A stretch of 64,000 nucleotides of DNA from Candidatus Gottesmanbacteria bacterium. GTDB lineage: Bacteria > Patescibacteriota > Microgenomatia > UBA10105 > UBA927. Made by a program: the position numbers and the translations under genes. The stretch lies in assembly GCA_030679255.1 (NCBI GenBank), contig JAUXTO010000022.1:64915-128914 (forward strand), in the 5' to 3' direction. This document shows, in pieces, positions 9,221 through 19,433 of this stretch (position 1 is its first letter; each line of letters opens with the position of its first letter). Below the pieces are notes generated by a model. That model was given only the letters and a program-made list of their open reading frames with translations. It did not search any database and was not told the DNA's origin.

Positions 9221-11131
9221 TTATAATGTATTCGCGCTACTTCGGTGCTTGAGTCCACCCATCAAGGCTTCAAACTCTTCGCTCTCAAGCGTTTCTTTTT
9301 TCACGAGCTCCGCGGCGATGATATCCAGTTTCTTTTTATTCTTCTTGAGGATTTCTGCAGCTTTCTTATACCCTTCATCGATGAGTTTTTTGACTTCCGT
9401 GTCTATTTTCCCCTGCATATCCTGAGAAATCGTATTTTGCTCCATGTACTGCTTCCCCCACTCCGTCACGTCCATGTGGGGACCAAAGTTGATGGGTCCA
9501 ATCTCGCTCATCCCAAACTCCATCACCATGTATTTAGCTATTCTCGTCGCTTGATCGATGTCGTTGGCTGCCCCACTTGTCATTTCCTTAAATATTAATT
9601 GCTCGGCAGCTCTCCCTCCCATGGTCATGGCGATTTCTTCTATGAGACGCGACTTGGTTTCGTGCAGCCGGTCCGTTTCCGGTGGGGCCATGGTGTACCC
9701 CAAAGCCATACCGCGCGACACGATGCTGATCCGGTGGACGATATCCAAATTGGGACTAAAATACGAAACCACCGCGTGTCCTGCTTCATGATAGGCCGTC
9801 ATTTTGCGGTCAAGATCCGATTGCAGCCGCTTCTTCTCGGGCCCTAACTTCACTTTTGTTGCGGCCTCCTCGATATCCCCATAATCTATGACCTCTTTAT
9901 TATGCCGTGCGGCAAATATCGCCGCTTCGTTGAGCATATTCTCGAGATCCGCGCCGCTAAACCCGACCGTTCGCTTGGACACTTTATCCCAATCCATAGG
10001 CGTCGTAAACGGCTTGCCTTTGGCGTGGATAGCCAGGATATCTTTGCGTCCCGCCATATCAGGAAGGTCGAGGACCACTCGGCGGTCAAACCTTCCGGGC
10101 CGCAGAAGCGCCGGATCCAGGAGATCCCCGCGGTTGGTGGCAGCCACGATGAGAACCGTCGTATTGGGCTCAAACCCATCCATTTCAACCAGAATCTGAT
10201 TGAGCGTTTGTTCCCGTTCATCATGCCCACCCATAAGTCCGACGCTACGCATCCTACCTATCGCATCAATTTCATCGATGAAGATGATGCTGGGTGCATT
10301 TTTCTTAGCTTGAGCGAAAAGGTCGCGCACCCGTGCAGCCCCGATCCCCACAAGCATTTCCATGAACTCGCTCCCGGCTATGCTATAGAAGGCCGTCTTG
10401 GCCTCTCCTGCCATGGCTTTGGCAAGCATTGTTTTTCCCGTCCCGCTGGGCCCCACGAGTATGACCCCTTTGGGAGTGCGTGCGCCCAATGCTTTATATT
10501 TATTCGGATTTTTCAGAAAGTCGACGACTTCCTCAAGCTCCTTTTTCGCCTCGTCCACCCCTGCAACATCGGCGAAGGTCACTTTTGGCAAATCTTTTGC
10601 AAATATCCGGGCCTTACTTTGGCCGAACGAAAAAATATTGTCCTGCGCGCCTCTGGCCTGACGGAAAAGAAAGAGGAAAAAAACCACGGTGAGGACTAGT
10701 GGGAGTACATTGGACACGATCCCCATCCACATAGCCCCGGGCGAGAGGTCCTTTACTTTTATCTCGACGGCCTTGGGGTCTACCCCGGCGCCTTCAAAAA
10801 CTTTGAGTAATGATTCTTGCGGCTCCTTATGGGAGATGAATTTCGTGCCATCTTTGTAGTTGATAGTGAGTCGGCTCTCTTCTATTTCAATTTTATCAAT
10901 TTTCCCTTCTTTTACGTCCGTGATGATGGTTGATAATGGCTTCTCCACGAGGTTACTGACCTTATCCCCCAGACTTCCCAGAAGACTCATAAGGATAAAC
11001 GCGATAAAAAGCCCAATGAAGATATTTTTGACGTTAAACTGAAATCCAAACTCCCACACCTTTTTCCCGTGTTTCCCGTTCCCGTTTCCATTCTTGCCAT
11101 TTTTTTTAACAATAGGATGCTTATCTGCCAT
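9221..11131 (-). CDS. ftsH: ATP-dependent zinc metalloprotease FtsH
   Basis: N-terminal TM helices, AAA Walker [12 protein letters not shown] region, zinc site HEAGHAVV. Confidence 0.95.
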   Translation of the reverse strand: MADKHPIVKKNGKNGNGNGKHGKKVWEFGFQFNVKNIFIGLFIAFILMSLLGSLGDKVSNLVEKPLSTIITDVKEGKIDKIEIEESRLTINYKDGTKFISHKEPQESLLKVFEGAGVDPKAVEIKVKDLSPGAMWMGIVSNVLPLVLTVVFFLFLFRQARGAQDNIFSFGQSKARIFAKDLPKVTFADVAGVDEAKKELEEVVDFLKNPNKYKALGARTPKGVILVGPSGTGKTMLAKAMAGEAKTAFYSIAGSEFMEMLVGIGAARVRDLFAQAKKNAPSIIFIDEIDAIGRMRSVGLMGGHDEREQTLNQILVEMDGFEPNTTVLIVAATNRGDLLDPALLRPGRFDRRVVLDLPDMAGRKDILAIHAKGKPFTTPMDWDKVSKRTVGFSGADLENMLNEAAIFAARHNKEVIDYGDIEEAATKVKLGPEKKRLQSDLDRKMTAYHEAGHAVVSYFSPNLDIVHRISIVSRGMALGYTMAPPETDRLHETKSRLIEEIAMTMGGRAAEQLIFKEMTSGAANDIDQATRIAKYMVMEFGMSEIGPINFGPHMDVTEWGKQYMEQNTISQDMQGKIDTEVKKLIDEGYKKAAEILKKNKKKLDIIAAELVKKETLESEEFEALMGGLKHRSSANTL

Positions 11132-11385
11132 ATGTTGATATCATTACATTATTAACTCATTCCCACATTCATTGGTCGGATTTGTCGGATTGGTTAAATT
11201 GGCCGGATTATATTATTGTACGATGCACAAGTATACCACGAAGCTAATTCGAATGCATGAGCGATGGCCACTCCTCCCCTACTTTCTCCTACTTCCTCCT
11301 ACATCCTCCTAATCCCTCCTAATCTCTCCGACGCTCCCGTAATTTCCCGTACCTCCCCCTAGTGCTATAATCATCACTATCGACT

Positions 11386-12810
11386 ATGAAAATTTTCTTT
11401 ACCAGTCCCTACGACGGCAAGAAGATCTACCAACCCTATATCGACCGCATTGTCAAAACGATCGAGTCGACTGGTGCCACCGTCATCAGTCCGGAAAAAT
11501 CCCGCCAATACTTTGATTCGTTTCGTGATGAAAATCTCAAAAAACTCGGGGACCATGATCGTGTCCATTATGAATTTGTCCGCCAAGGTATTGCCAATGC
11601 TGACGCCGTGATTATTGAAGCTTCTTTTGAGAATTTCCAGGTCGGTCATGAGGCGACACTTGCTATTATCTACAATAAGCCCGTTCTGTGCTTATCACAA
11701 AAAAAGGATTATGGAGAACTTATTCGCCACGAAGCATTTCAGGGTGAGCGGTACACAGATCGCAATCTCGAATCCCTTGTTCTGACATTCCTCAGAAAAG
11801 TCAGCCAAAAAATTCGATCGAAACGAAATTCCTCTCTCACGACACAGAAAAAATCCCCGGTCAATCTATCGTCTACTCATAAAAACATCGCGGTATTAGG
11901 GTCTATCAATATTGACATGTTTACCAAGGTTCCTTTCATACCAAAAGAAAATGACGTAGTTATTAGCACGGGACTCAAGCTTATCCCGGGAGGGAAAGCA
12001 TCAAACGCAGCGGTTGGACTGCAACGACTAGGAGAACAAGCCTATATGTTGGGGAAAATCGGCAACGATACATTTGGCGAGTCGATCATCTCTCTTTTTA
12101 AAAACGAAGGTATTAATACGGATTTTATTGATACAGACAGCTTTATACCAACGGGCACAGTCATGGTCAATGTAGATGCGCGGGCAAAAAACACCATCAT
12201 CGTCAATGAAGATGCCAATACCCGCGTCAACAAAAAAACTATTACCGATTTCCTCTCTGCTATAGACAAAAAAATCTTTTCCATCGATTGTTTTTATACC
12301 ACGCTGGAACTCATCCCAGAAATTATCTCGTATGCGATTAAAGAATTTCATGCCCGTGGCATCCGTATTTTTTGTGACGCAGCACCCTATATTCGGAATA
12401 TGTCAGAAAGTCTCTATCCTATGATCGACATACTCTCAGCAAATGAATTTGAGGCTACCGGTATGACCGGCATTACTGTTACAAATGAAAAAAGTGCAGG
12501 AGAGTCAGCTAAAAAACTCCGATCGAAAGGCGCCAATACAATCATCATCACGCTTGGACATCTCGGATCTGTCTTACTGGAAAAAGGACAGACTGACCCA
12601 ATCTACTTCCCGGGAATAAAAGTTTCTGCGGTTGATGAAACAGCAGCAGGTGACGCATTCCGCGCAGCATTCGTAGCAGAATTTCTTGCAACGAAGGATC
12701 TCAAGCGCGCGATGGAGCTCGGTAACCGCGCCGGAGCCTACGCCGTGACCCGCCTTGGCTCTTTTGAAGCACTCCCCACCCGTGAAGAACTCGAATTTTT
12801 TCACCATTAA
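11386..12810 (+). CDS. ribokinase/PfkB-family sugar kinase fused to an N-terminal nucleoside 2-deoxyribosyltransferase-like domain
   Basis: C-terminal half carries GGKASNAAVGLQRLG and DETAAGDAF (PfkB signature motifs). The N-terminal ~150 aa has the flavodoxin-like NDT/DRTase-style pattern (FENFQVGHEATLAI). Confidence 0.7.
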   Translation: MKIFFTSPYDGKKIYQPYIDRIVKTIESTGATVISPEKSRQYFDSFRDENLKKLGDHDRVHYEFVRQGIANADAVIIEASFENFQVGHEATLAIIYNKPVLCLSQKKDYGELIRHEAFQGERYTDRNLESLVLTFLRKVSQKIRSKRNSSLTTQKKSPVNLSSTHKNIAVLGSINIDMFTKVPFIPKENDVVISTGLKLIPGGKASNAAVGLQRLGEQAYMLGKIGNDTFGESIISLFKNEGINTDFIDTDSFIPTGTVMVNVDARAKNTIIVNEDANTRVNKKTITDFLSAIDKKIFSIDCFYTTLELIPEIISYAIKEFHARGIRIFCDAAPYIRNMSESLYPMIDILSANEFEATGMTGITVTNEKSAGESAKKLRSKGANTIIITLGHLGSVLLEKGQTDPIYFPGIKVSAVDETAAGDAFRAAFVAEFLATKDLKRAMELGNRAGAYAVTRLGSFEALPTREELEFFHH

Positions 12811-12820
12811 CACATTACGC

Positions 12821-13837
12821 ATGACACAACATCAATTACTAGCGCCCCTGCGTTCGTTCGGTATTGAAAAATCAGTCGTGACAGAGATAGCAGGACGAGC
12901 GCATCAAACATGGAAAATAGAATCTGCTGATGGCGTCTTTATCCTCAAACAATATGCCAATACAGATCTTGAATCGCTTCAACAATCCATTGAGTTTCAG
13001 AAACGCCTGATTACCCAATACATCCCGATACCCCTTTTCAACATCACTTCATCGGGAAGTCCCATAACCAAATATGAGGAAAAGCTGTATGTTTTGTCCA
13101 GGCATGTCGATCATGTCCCCCTCTCTGCTCCTGCCATTGAGATATCAGTACTCAAGCAGGCGGCCACTACCTTGGGATCGCTCCACAAGCTGGATCGAAG
13201 CATCTATCAGGATCTTTTAAAAGAAATTGATTTTTCAAAAACTACGAAAGCAGTCACCGAATTGATTCCTCAATTTAGCAAAAAATATTCTTTGTTGATC
13301 AGCACCTATCCGAATCAACGTCATAAACTTACACATCTTCGCACGATTATTACCACCACTGAGTCCTTGCGTCATCAACATCATGACCTTCATTTCCCGC
13401 CCCCGTGGGAGTGCATCCACGGCGACTATACACCGGATAATGTCCTCATCGAACGCAGCTCAAATACACTTTTCATTATCGACTGGGACAACGCCAAAAT
13501 TGCACCGCGTGCATTTGAAATCCACAAGGCCATTGGTGCTTTTTGTGGACGAGCGCCACGCAACGCATACCTGGTCCCTATTGATTGGGAAAAAGCGGAC
13601 GTGTTTCTTCGTGCCTATCACGCAGTCAATCCCCTCACAATACAGACGGTGAATGAAATCGTAACCAGCGCGGCCTACGGCAGTTCTACCTACTGGCTTC
13701 GTTTTACCCTCCTGCAAACCCTAGCCGAAGACTTTCGGATGCTCGACCTGCTCCCGGAAAACATTGAGGACTGCGTATTCTGGAAAAATAATCTGGACAC
13801 CTATCGCCGCCTGCTTCTTTCGATTTTATCCGCATAA
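12821..13837 (+). CDS. aminoglycoside phosphotransferase / choline-kinase family (protein-kinase-like fold)
   Basis: Catalytic loop IHGDYTPDNVLI and the Mg-binding IIDWDNA motif. Start moved to MTQHQLL, just after the upstream stop. Confidence 0.6.
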   Translation: MTQHQLLAPLRSFGIEKSVVTEIAGRAHQTWKIESADGVFILKQYANTDLESLQQSIEFQKRLITQYIPIPLFNITSSGSPITKYEEKLYVLSRHVDHVPLSAPAIEISVLKQAATTLGSLHKLDRSIYQDLLKEIDFSKTTKAVTELIPQFSKKYSLLISTYPNQRHKLTHLRTIITTTESLRHQHHDLHFPPPWECIHGDYTPDNVLIERSSNTLFIIDWDNAKIAPRAFEIHKAIGAFCGRAPRNAYLVPIDWEKADVFLRAYHAVNPLTIQTVNEIVTSAAYGSSTYWLRFTLLQTLAEDFRMLDLLPENIEDCVFWKNNLDTYRRLLLSILSA

Positions 13838-13887
13838 ATAAGGATTCCCCATCCTCCCCGCCGTCAAAAGCGAAAAGCACTGAAAAG

Positions 13888-14151
13888 TCATCCCAATATC
13901 TCCTTCACCATCCGGTATACATCCCGCCGGTGACGGATGAGAACAATAATTATTGTTTCATTCATTTTTTTATACACAATCCGGTAGTTTCCCGCCCTCA
14001 CACGATACACATGAGGATAGCCGGACAGTTTTTCCTCACCGGAAACCTGCGGATTAGGGAGCAATCGAATTTTTTGGGCAACGGCTAGCTGGTCGAACTT
14101 AGGAAATTTCCGCAGTTCCTTTTCCGCACGGGGAAGGATAGTAATCTTCAT
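13888..14151 (-). CDS. RelE/ParE-family toxin
   Basis: 87 aa. C-terminal GNYRIVYKKMNETIIIVLIRHRRDVY matches the RelE/ParE core. Confidence 0.75.
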   Translation of the reverse strand: MKITILPRAEKELRKFPKFDQLAVAQKIRLLPNPQVSGEEKLSGYPHVYRVRAGNYRIVYKKMNETIIIVLIRHRRDVYRMVKEILG

Positions 14152-14423
14152 ATCCCAAGACTACGGGCGACCTTCTCAAAATCTTTTCCCTTGGAAAAAT
14201 CAGCCTTGGCTACAGCTGCAGCGTCCAACTTGTCTTCCAAATAAGCCGTAAGGCGCTCAAACAACTGTTTCCCTACGAGATATGCGGTTATTTCATTGCG
14301 ATTTTCCACCGCCACCGGATAGTCCGCAGCCTGCGCAATCACGGCAGATGGATTCATTTTTAATTGGGATATAGTCGCTGTGGTCATACAATGATTATGA
14401 CCTATAAACAGGTCTTCTGTCAA
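14148..14423 (-). CDS. Phd/YefM-family antitoxin
   Basis: Small acidic ORF overlapping the RelE start by 4 nt. TISQLKMNPSAVIAQAADYPVAV resembles the YefM N-terminus. Confidence 0.6.
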   Translation of the reverse strand: MTEDLFIGHNHCMTTATISQLKMNPSAVIAQAADYPVAVENRNEITAYLVGKQLFERLTAYLEDKLDAAAVAKADFSKGKDFEKVARSLGI

Positions 14424-14445
14424 GACCTTTTAAGAGGACACGGTA

Positions 14446-14718
14446 TTATCGATACAACTGGCTATGGGTGCCAAATAATTTGAATTCTATGATGATCTCT
14501 CCGGTTGCAGAGTGACTCTCCGCATAAAGCGCTCGCCAATCGCCAGTCACGTTAATACTCCGGTATCCTTTGTACGAGCCTGCCAGTGCGTGATTATGAA
14601 GGAAGGGATGAAATGGATCAGTTTGAAAAAGCTGAGATCGCTCTGCAAAGGCCAAACGTATATGCTTATTCGCCTTGCGGTATTGCTTGCGGAATACTTT
14701 ATCGTGCCGGATGTCCAT
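14446..14718 (-). CDS. YafQ-like RelE-family toxin
   Basis: FRKQYRK....HALAG..KGYRSINVTGDWRALY matches the YafQ pattern. Internal start MDIRHDK chosen. Confidence 0.6.
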   Translation of the reverse strand: MDIRHDKVFRKQYRKANKHIRLAFAERSQLFQTDPFHPFLHNHALAGSYKGYRSINVTGDWRALYAESHSATGEIIIEFKLFGTHSQLYR

Positions 14719-15013
14719 TCTGATATCGAGCCTTCGGGTCGTCAAGCCAGGCAATCGAGTCTTTCACGTTGCTAAACGAAGGAGAAACGAATCCCGCCTT
14801 GGTATCCTTTTCAGCTTGTTTCAACATCCGTTTTGTCCAGGGCGTAGGTTCTAGTCGTACATCATCAGAAAACTCCACGGTGCGCGTCCGGACCAGGTTG
14901 CGAAGGTACGCATTGAGGACAGAGCTTAACGAAAACCCCAAACGCTCCACCACCGCTTGCGCGTTCTTTTTTATTTTCGGATCGACTTTGAAATTGACAA
15001 CTGCAGTATTCAT
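14699..15013 (-). CDS. DinJ/RelB-family antitoxin
   Basis: N-terminal MNTAVVNFKVDPKIKKNAQAVVERLGFSLSSVLNAYLRNL resembles the DinJ ribbon-helix-helix domain. Sits directly upstream of the YafQ-like gene. Confidence 0.6.
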   Translation of the reverse strand: MNTAVVNFKVDPKIKKNAQAVVERLGFSLSSVLNAYLRNLVRTRTVEFSDDVRLEPTPWTKRMLKQAEKDTKAGFVSPSFSNVKDSIAWLDDPKARYQNGHPAR

Positions 15014-15196
15014 ACCAGGTAGTAGAATTTCGCTGTTCCTGTACGGAACGGAAGTCTACTCTCCAACGTGGTTATCCACTCATTCACCAGGTAATGTTTT
15101 CAATGTGTCTTCACATTGAGCGAAATTTCACTACCTGGCATATATACGAAGTATATACTTTATATATATCCTGTCAAGCCAAATCATACTATAGGA

Positions 15197-15229
15197 TTGA
15201 CTTTAACTCTCTCTCTCTCTCTGTAAAAT
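15197..15229 (+). promoter_or_regulatory. sigma70-like promoter with (CT)n spacer: TTGACT - CT-rich spacer - TGTAAAAT
   Basis: TTGACT at 15197-15202 and TG-TAAAAT at 15222-15229. The 21-nt spacer is longer than optimal. A Shine-Dalgarno AAGGAG lies before the ATG at 15431. Confidence 0.35.
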
Positions 15230-15430
15230 CCCTCCTACAGGTCGCACAAACCCCGCTCTACGCTGCGGTATGTTTGTTGATCTGGGCACCTTTACAGTTT
15301 GAGAAAAGCGGAACGTGACTATTCTCCTTTTCCCCCATTGGATAGCAACATGCGCATACACCATCTTGTGCCTATGTTTCTATCCAATGGAGATAGGAAA
15401 ATTGAAATAAATTATTCAAGGAGAATAATC

Positions 15431-15793
15431 ATGAACAGCAACACAGAAAGATTCAAGAACCTTTTTACAAAGAAAAACTTTTCAAAATTGATCCACGCGT
15501 TGTCTACGCTCCTGTTCGTCGGGTACGCCCTAGTGGTGTTCGCTCAAAAACCTCTAGCAACCCTAACACAAGGAGAATTCGCGCTGATGCTTTTCGGGCT
15601 TTTATTGCTCGGCATTTTGGAGACGAGTCATTTTATCGTCTTCATAAAAAACTTCAGACGCCAATATCTTTACACCGTTCTCAACTGTATGGGCGTAATC
15701 ATGTTGATACTTGCCATCAGTCCTGGCGACTACTTTGTCACTCTCCTGATGGTTTTGGGGTTTACGTTTTTAATAGCTTTCGGGCTAATATAA
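15431..15793 (+). CDS. small membrane protein (3-4 predicted TM helices)
   Basis: Hydrophobic segments LIHALSTLLFVGYALVVFA, LMLFGLLLLGIL, MGVIMLILAI, VTLLMVLGFTFLIAFGLI. RBS AAGGAGAATAATC precedes the ATG. Confidence 0.5.
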   Translation: MNSNTERFKNLFTKKNFSKLIHALSTLLFVGYALVVFAQKPLATLTQGEFALMLFGLLLLGILETSHFIVFIKNFRRQYLYTVLNCMGVIMLILAISPGDYFVTLLMVLGFTFLIAFGLI

Positions 15794-15891
15794 CCCCACT
15801 TTTCTCAAGCACCACCCTCCCCGTACACCGGACATTTGCCAATGGTGGCAGCAACAATGGTGTACGGGAGAGGGATTTTTTTTGATAAAAA

Positions 15892-16311
15892 TTACGGCAG
15901 TTTCAAAAAATCCTGCGGGGTGAGGATGGTAACTCTTTCGATGCTACCGCGAAGCGCCAATAAATCTTTATCCGCGCTCACGAGATACACGGGTTCACTC
16001 CCCGCTACGGCAAGCGCGATTCCGAGGATTTCATTATCATCAGGATCCCGACACAGAATCGTTGACTGGGGCACTATCACATTACCGGATGCAACAATCA
16101 TCTCTATAAACGTTGCTGCCGTTTCGCGGGTTATATCATACTTCCTCAATCGTGTGTAGGTAAATACGCGTGCAAGCTCAGTAAGGAGGCCATGGCTATA
16201 CCATAGAGCAATTTTTCCATCCATTGCGAGGTCAAAGACGCGCCAGTCACTCCCGCCTGGTCGAAGAAGTGCACGAACGAGCACATTAGTGTCAACGATG
16301 ACGTTTGGCAT
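15892..16311 (-). CDS. PIN-domain toxin (VapC-like)
   Basis: VIVDTNVLVRAL start and conserved acidic residues (D..E..D..D) spaced as in PIN domains. Confidence 0.7.
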   Translation of the reverse strand: MPNVIVDTNVLVRALLRPGGSDWRVFDLAMDGKIALWYSHGLLTELARVFTYTRLRKYDITRETAATFIEMIVASGNVIVPQSTILCRDPDDNEILGIALAVAGSEPVYLVSADKDLLALRGSIERVTILTPQDFLKLP

Positions 16312-16585
16312 ACCGTTTTGCCCGTTCGATATCCGCGTTTAATTCTTCATCGGAAACATCGGCATTTTTTATACGCATAGCGTCCCATATCTCCTCCATT
16401 TTCTTTTTAAGCAATTGTTTTTTGAGCATTGTAAGCTCCTGATATTCACTATATGCCATCATAACCGCCTCCGGCACGCTATCCCGCACCACCACGAGCG
16501 GTTCATCGGAACTGCGCAGTTTAGCAAGCACCTGCGTAAACTTTCGCTGCACATCGGTAGAACTGATTATGTTCGTACTCATCAT
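16292..16585 (-). CDS. putative antitoxin (Phd/YefM-like) partnered with PIN toxin
   Basis: 97-aa ORF overlapping the PIN start by 20 nt. PLVVVRDSVPEAVMMAYSEYQEL resembles YefM. Confidence 0.5.
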   Translation of the reverse strand: MMSTNIISSTDVQRKFTQVLAKLRSSDEPLVVVRDSVPEAVMMAYSEYQELTMLKKQLLKKKMEEIWDAMRIKNADVSDEELNADIERAKRYAKRHR

Positions 16586-16626
16586 ATGACCATCATACTA
16601 CCGTACATACTGCAGTCTGTCAATAT

Positions 16627-18654
16627 TTATCGTATCTTCGCTCCCACGGGGAGACCTTCGGCAGAAACAAACAGGGGCTTTGCCGTTTTCAAAGCCTGGC
16701 TTTGATCTTCTGGAAAGCCTGGCTTTGAGTCGACCGCCAATATCATCCCCTGGCTCTCCTCATCCATCATTTTTCGCGGCGCAAGATTGGTGATAAAGAA
16801 AAATTGCTTATTGAGGAAGTCTTCGGGTGTATACCCAAACCCCCGCACGCCGGTAAAAATAATGCGAAGTTCTTTTTCATCCCCCTTACCTCCCTTATCT
16901 CCCCCATCTCCCTGATCTCCCTTATTCTTCAACCCAAAATCCACCACGAGCCGTATGAGTTTCTCACTCCCCTCTTTGTTGGTCGCCTCAACGACTTTCC
17001 CCACCCTTAGCTCCACCCTGCCAAATTCTTCAATGGTTATGACGCCATCATTTTCTCCGTTGCCTAATTGTTTTGCAGTCTTTATTGGTAGTATTGGTAG
17101 TATTTGTTTATTGGTAGTATTGGTAGTATTTGAATATTGATTGATAAGTCCCACCGCCTCCCGTACTTCCCGCATTGTCTCCCCTGCAACTATCCTCGCT
17201 TTTGCCGCCCCGTCCTCTAGTATTTTCTTGACGGCCGCAGGATTTGCTGCCAATTCCTTATACGCTTTTCTCGCATTTGCAAAGTATTTAAGTAATGATT
17301 CATACAGGTAATTTTTTACCTCAACATCTGCTATCTGACCCTTTCTATAAGCTTCTTTCAGTTCGTTGTTTTTTGTTTTTTGTCCAAAATAATCTAGGTA
17401 GGTAAAGACCATGTTGCCCTCCGTGTGTCCGGGGTCCGTTGCATGAATTCTGGTCGGATCCGTGTACGTACTCATCACCTGCTTTCGTATTTTTTCCTCA
17501 TCGTCAAAGATGCTGATGATATTTCCCAAGCTCTTGCTCATCTTCCGTTTCCCATCTGTTCCCAACACCGCCCCCACCTCCTCCGGTATATACGCCTCCG
17601 GCAGTTTGAATACTGCGGTCTTGCGCGTCCCAAGCAAAGTCGAGGGATAAATCTTATTGAAGCGTTCTGCGATATCGCGTGTAATCTCCACGTGCTGTTT
17701 CTGGTCTTTCCCCACCGGCACGAGGTCCGGTTTATAAAGAAGGATATCCGCAGCCATAAGGACGGGATAATTAAATAAACCGAGATTAATATCCTCTTCC
17801 AGGATATTTCTTTCGAGCTTATCCTTATATGCATGGGCGCGCTTGATGAGGCCCAAAGGTGTCACATTATTGAGTATTGTTTGGAGGTCAGGATGAAGCC
17901 CAATATCTGATTGACGATAAAATATCAGGTTGCCAAACTCCTTTTCGGAAAGAAATCCCTTAAGGAGCGCGAGCTCATTGAGGATGAGCGTTTCAGAGTT
18001 GTGTTGGAGTTGAGTCCTATCCTGTATCGTGGTTAACGCGTGTAAATCTGCCACAAACAAAAAGCACTCGTTCGTTTTTGCAAGCTCAATAAACTGCTTG
18101 ACTGCACCTAAATAGTTCCCAATATGCAGACTCCCATCTCCACTTGGCGTGATACCCGACACTAGTCGTTTCCCTTGTACTACACGTTTCAACTCGTTGA
18201 ATGCAAAATCTCCAACCATCCCCCCGTTGACCTTCGGCATGTCAAGAGCATTCATCACCATGCCAAGCGTTCTCATGCCGCCGATGCCATATGCTTTCCC
18301 AATCGTCAATACTTTTGCATCGATAAAATACGGAATAGCAAGTCCCAAGTACGGCACAAGTCCGGCTTCTGTTCCCAAAGTTTTCAGCTCTGCTTTGGAA
18401 GCAAATGCAAGCGTCTTGACCACTGCGAGTTTTTTGAATTTTTCCTGATCTATCTGGGTATCGGCGCACTTGACTGCGGCGACTATCCCCTTCTCTGTTT
18501 TGTAGAGTATCGTTACCATCGCCTGTGCAAGGGAAATGTGATGAAACGCGGCGTGTGACGGCACGTCAAACGGCAAATCCTCCGGCAAGGGGATAAATTT
18601 GTAATCCACCTTATTCTCATTTAGTATTTTTTCGATGGTATCTTTTAGATTCAT
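16627..18654 (-). CDS. trpS: tryptophanyl-tRNA synthetase with N-terminal YbaK/ProX-like deacylase domain and C-terminal EMAP/Trbp111-type tRNA-binding domain
   Basis: SGITPSGDGSLHIGNYLGA (HIGH-type) and KRKMSKSLGN (KMSKS) match TrpRS. The C-terminal VELRVGKVVEA...NLAPRKMMDEESQGMILA is the OB-fold tRNA-binding module. In-frame TTNTTN and KPGF repeat segments are present. Confidence 0.85.
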   Translation of the reverse strand: MNLKDTIEKILNENKVDYKFIPLPEDLPFDVPSHAAFHHISLAQAMVTILYKTEKGIVAAVKCADTQIDQEKFKKLAVVKTLAFASKAELKTLGTEAGLVPYLGLAIPYFIDAKVLTIGKAYGIGGMRTLGMVMNALDMPKVNGGMVGDFAFNELKRVVQGKRLVSGITPSGDGSLHIGNYLGAVKQFIELAKTNECFLFVADLHALTTIQDRTQLQHNSETLILNELALLKGFLSEKEFGNLIFYRQSDIGLHPDLQTILNNVTPLGLIKRAHAYKDKLERNILEEDINLGLFNYPVLMAADILLYKPDLVPVGKDQKQHVEITRDIAERFNKIYPSTLLGTRKTAVFKLPEAYIPEEVGAVLGTDGKRKMSKSLGNIISIFDDEEKIRKQVMSTYTDPTRIHATDPGHTEGNMVFTYLDYFGQKTKNNELKEAYRKGQIADVEVKNYLYESLLKYFANARKAYKELAANPAAVKKILEDGAAKARIVAGETMREVREAVGLINQYSNTTNTTNKQILPILPIKTAKQLGNGENDGVITIEEFGRVELRVGKVVEATNKEGSEKLIRLVVDFGLKNKGDQGDGGDKGGKGDEKELRIIFTGVRGFGYTPEDFLNKQFFFITNLAPRKMMDEESQGMILAVDSKPGFPEDQSQALKTAKPLFVSAEGLPVGAKIR
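17084..17131. repeat. (GGTAGTATT)n tandem repeat inside trpS (encodes TTNTTN on minus strand)
   Basis: Same 9-nt unit in tandem at 38422-38461 and 38561-38590, inside two other genes. Confidence 0.65.
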
Positions 18655-18713
18655 AGTAGTTTACCCGCCGCTCAAGCACTCTTTGAACCGTCTACGAACA
18701 GTAGTATAAAGGT

Positions 18714-19430
18714 TCAAAGGTAGCTTAGGCGGGCCTCCTTTGTATAATACTGTTTTAATATGGTGTTTGCGAGAATGGAAAGTGAATTATAAACCGGCAG
18801 GTCATAATTCGTTGGAAAAACCAGTGGAAGCTCCGTGCATCCTAATACAATCCCATCAACCTTCTCTTTTTCTCGATAGCCAGTCACCAACGTTACGAGT
18901 TTTCTCATGAGCATTCCACGATCTTCTCCGGATAAAACTCCCCGTATAATATACTCGAGCTCCCGGTAATCCCGCTCCTGTGGGACGATATACGGCAAAT
19001 CATGACGCGCCAAAGCAAGTTGGTAAAGTCCTAGCCGCAATGACGTTGGCGATGCGAGTAGTAATACCCGTGGAGCATTCCGAGACACTTCTTTGACCAC
19101 CGCATCAACAATCGAAACAAATGGCACGTCGGTTTGCAGTTGCAGTCGGTCCGCGAGAACACACGCGGTATTACATGCCATTGTGATCGTCGTTGCGCCA
19201 TAAACGGTTAATCGCCGCACGCGGCTTTCTAACATCTGAGCGGCTTCTTCCATTCTTTCCATATCACCAATAAAATAGGGCACCGGCACTGAGTCAATGA
19301 TGATTTCCGGATACTCATCATTATTTTTCGCGCCATAGATATGCCGCGCTTGATCGATGAGGATACGATAAAACTCCGCACTCGCCTGCGGCCCCATGCC
19401 ACCGATCACGCCGATAATGTTGTTATTCAT
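18714..19430 (-). CDS. aspartate/glutamate racemase family protein
   Basis: IGVIGGMGPQAS at the N-terminus, plus the two Cys motifs MACNTA and LGCTELPL. Confidence 0.75.
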   Translation of the reverse strand: MNNNIIGVIGGMGPQASAEFYRILIDQARHIYGAKNNDEYPEIIIDSVPVPYFIGDMERMEEAAQMLESRVRRLTVYGATTITMACNTACVLADRLQLQTDVPFVSIVDAVVKEVSRNAPRVLLLASPTSLRLGLYQLALARHDLPYIVPQERDYRELEYIIRGVLSGEDRGMLMRKLVTLVTGYREKEKVDGIVLGCTELPLVFPTNYDLPVYNSLSILANTILKQYYTKEARLSYL

Positions 19431-19433
19431 AGG

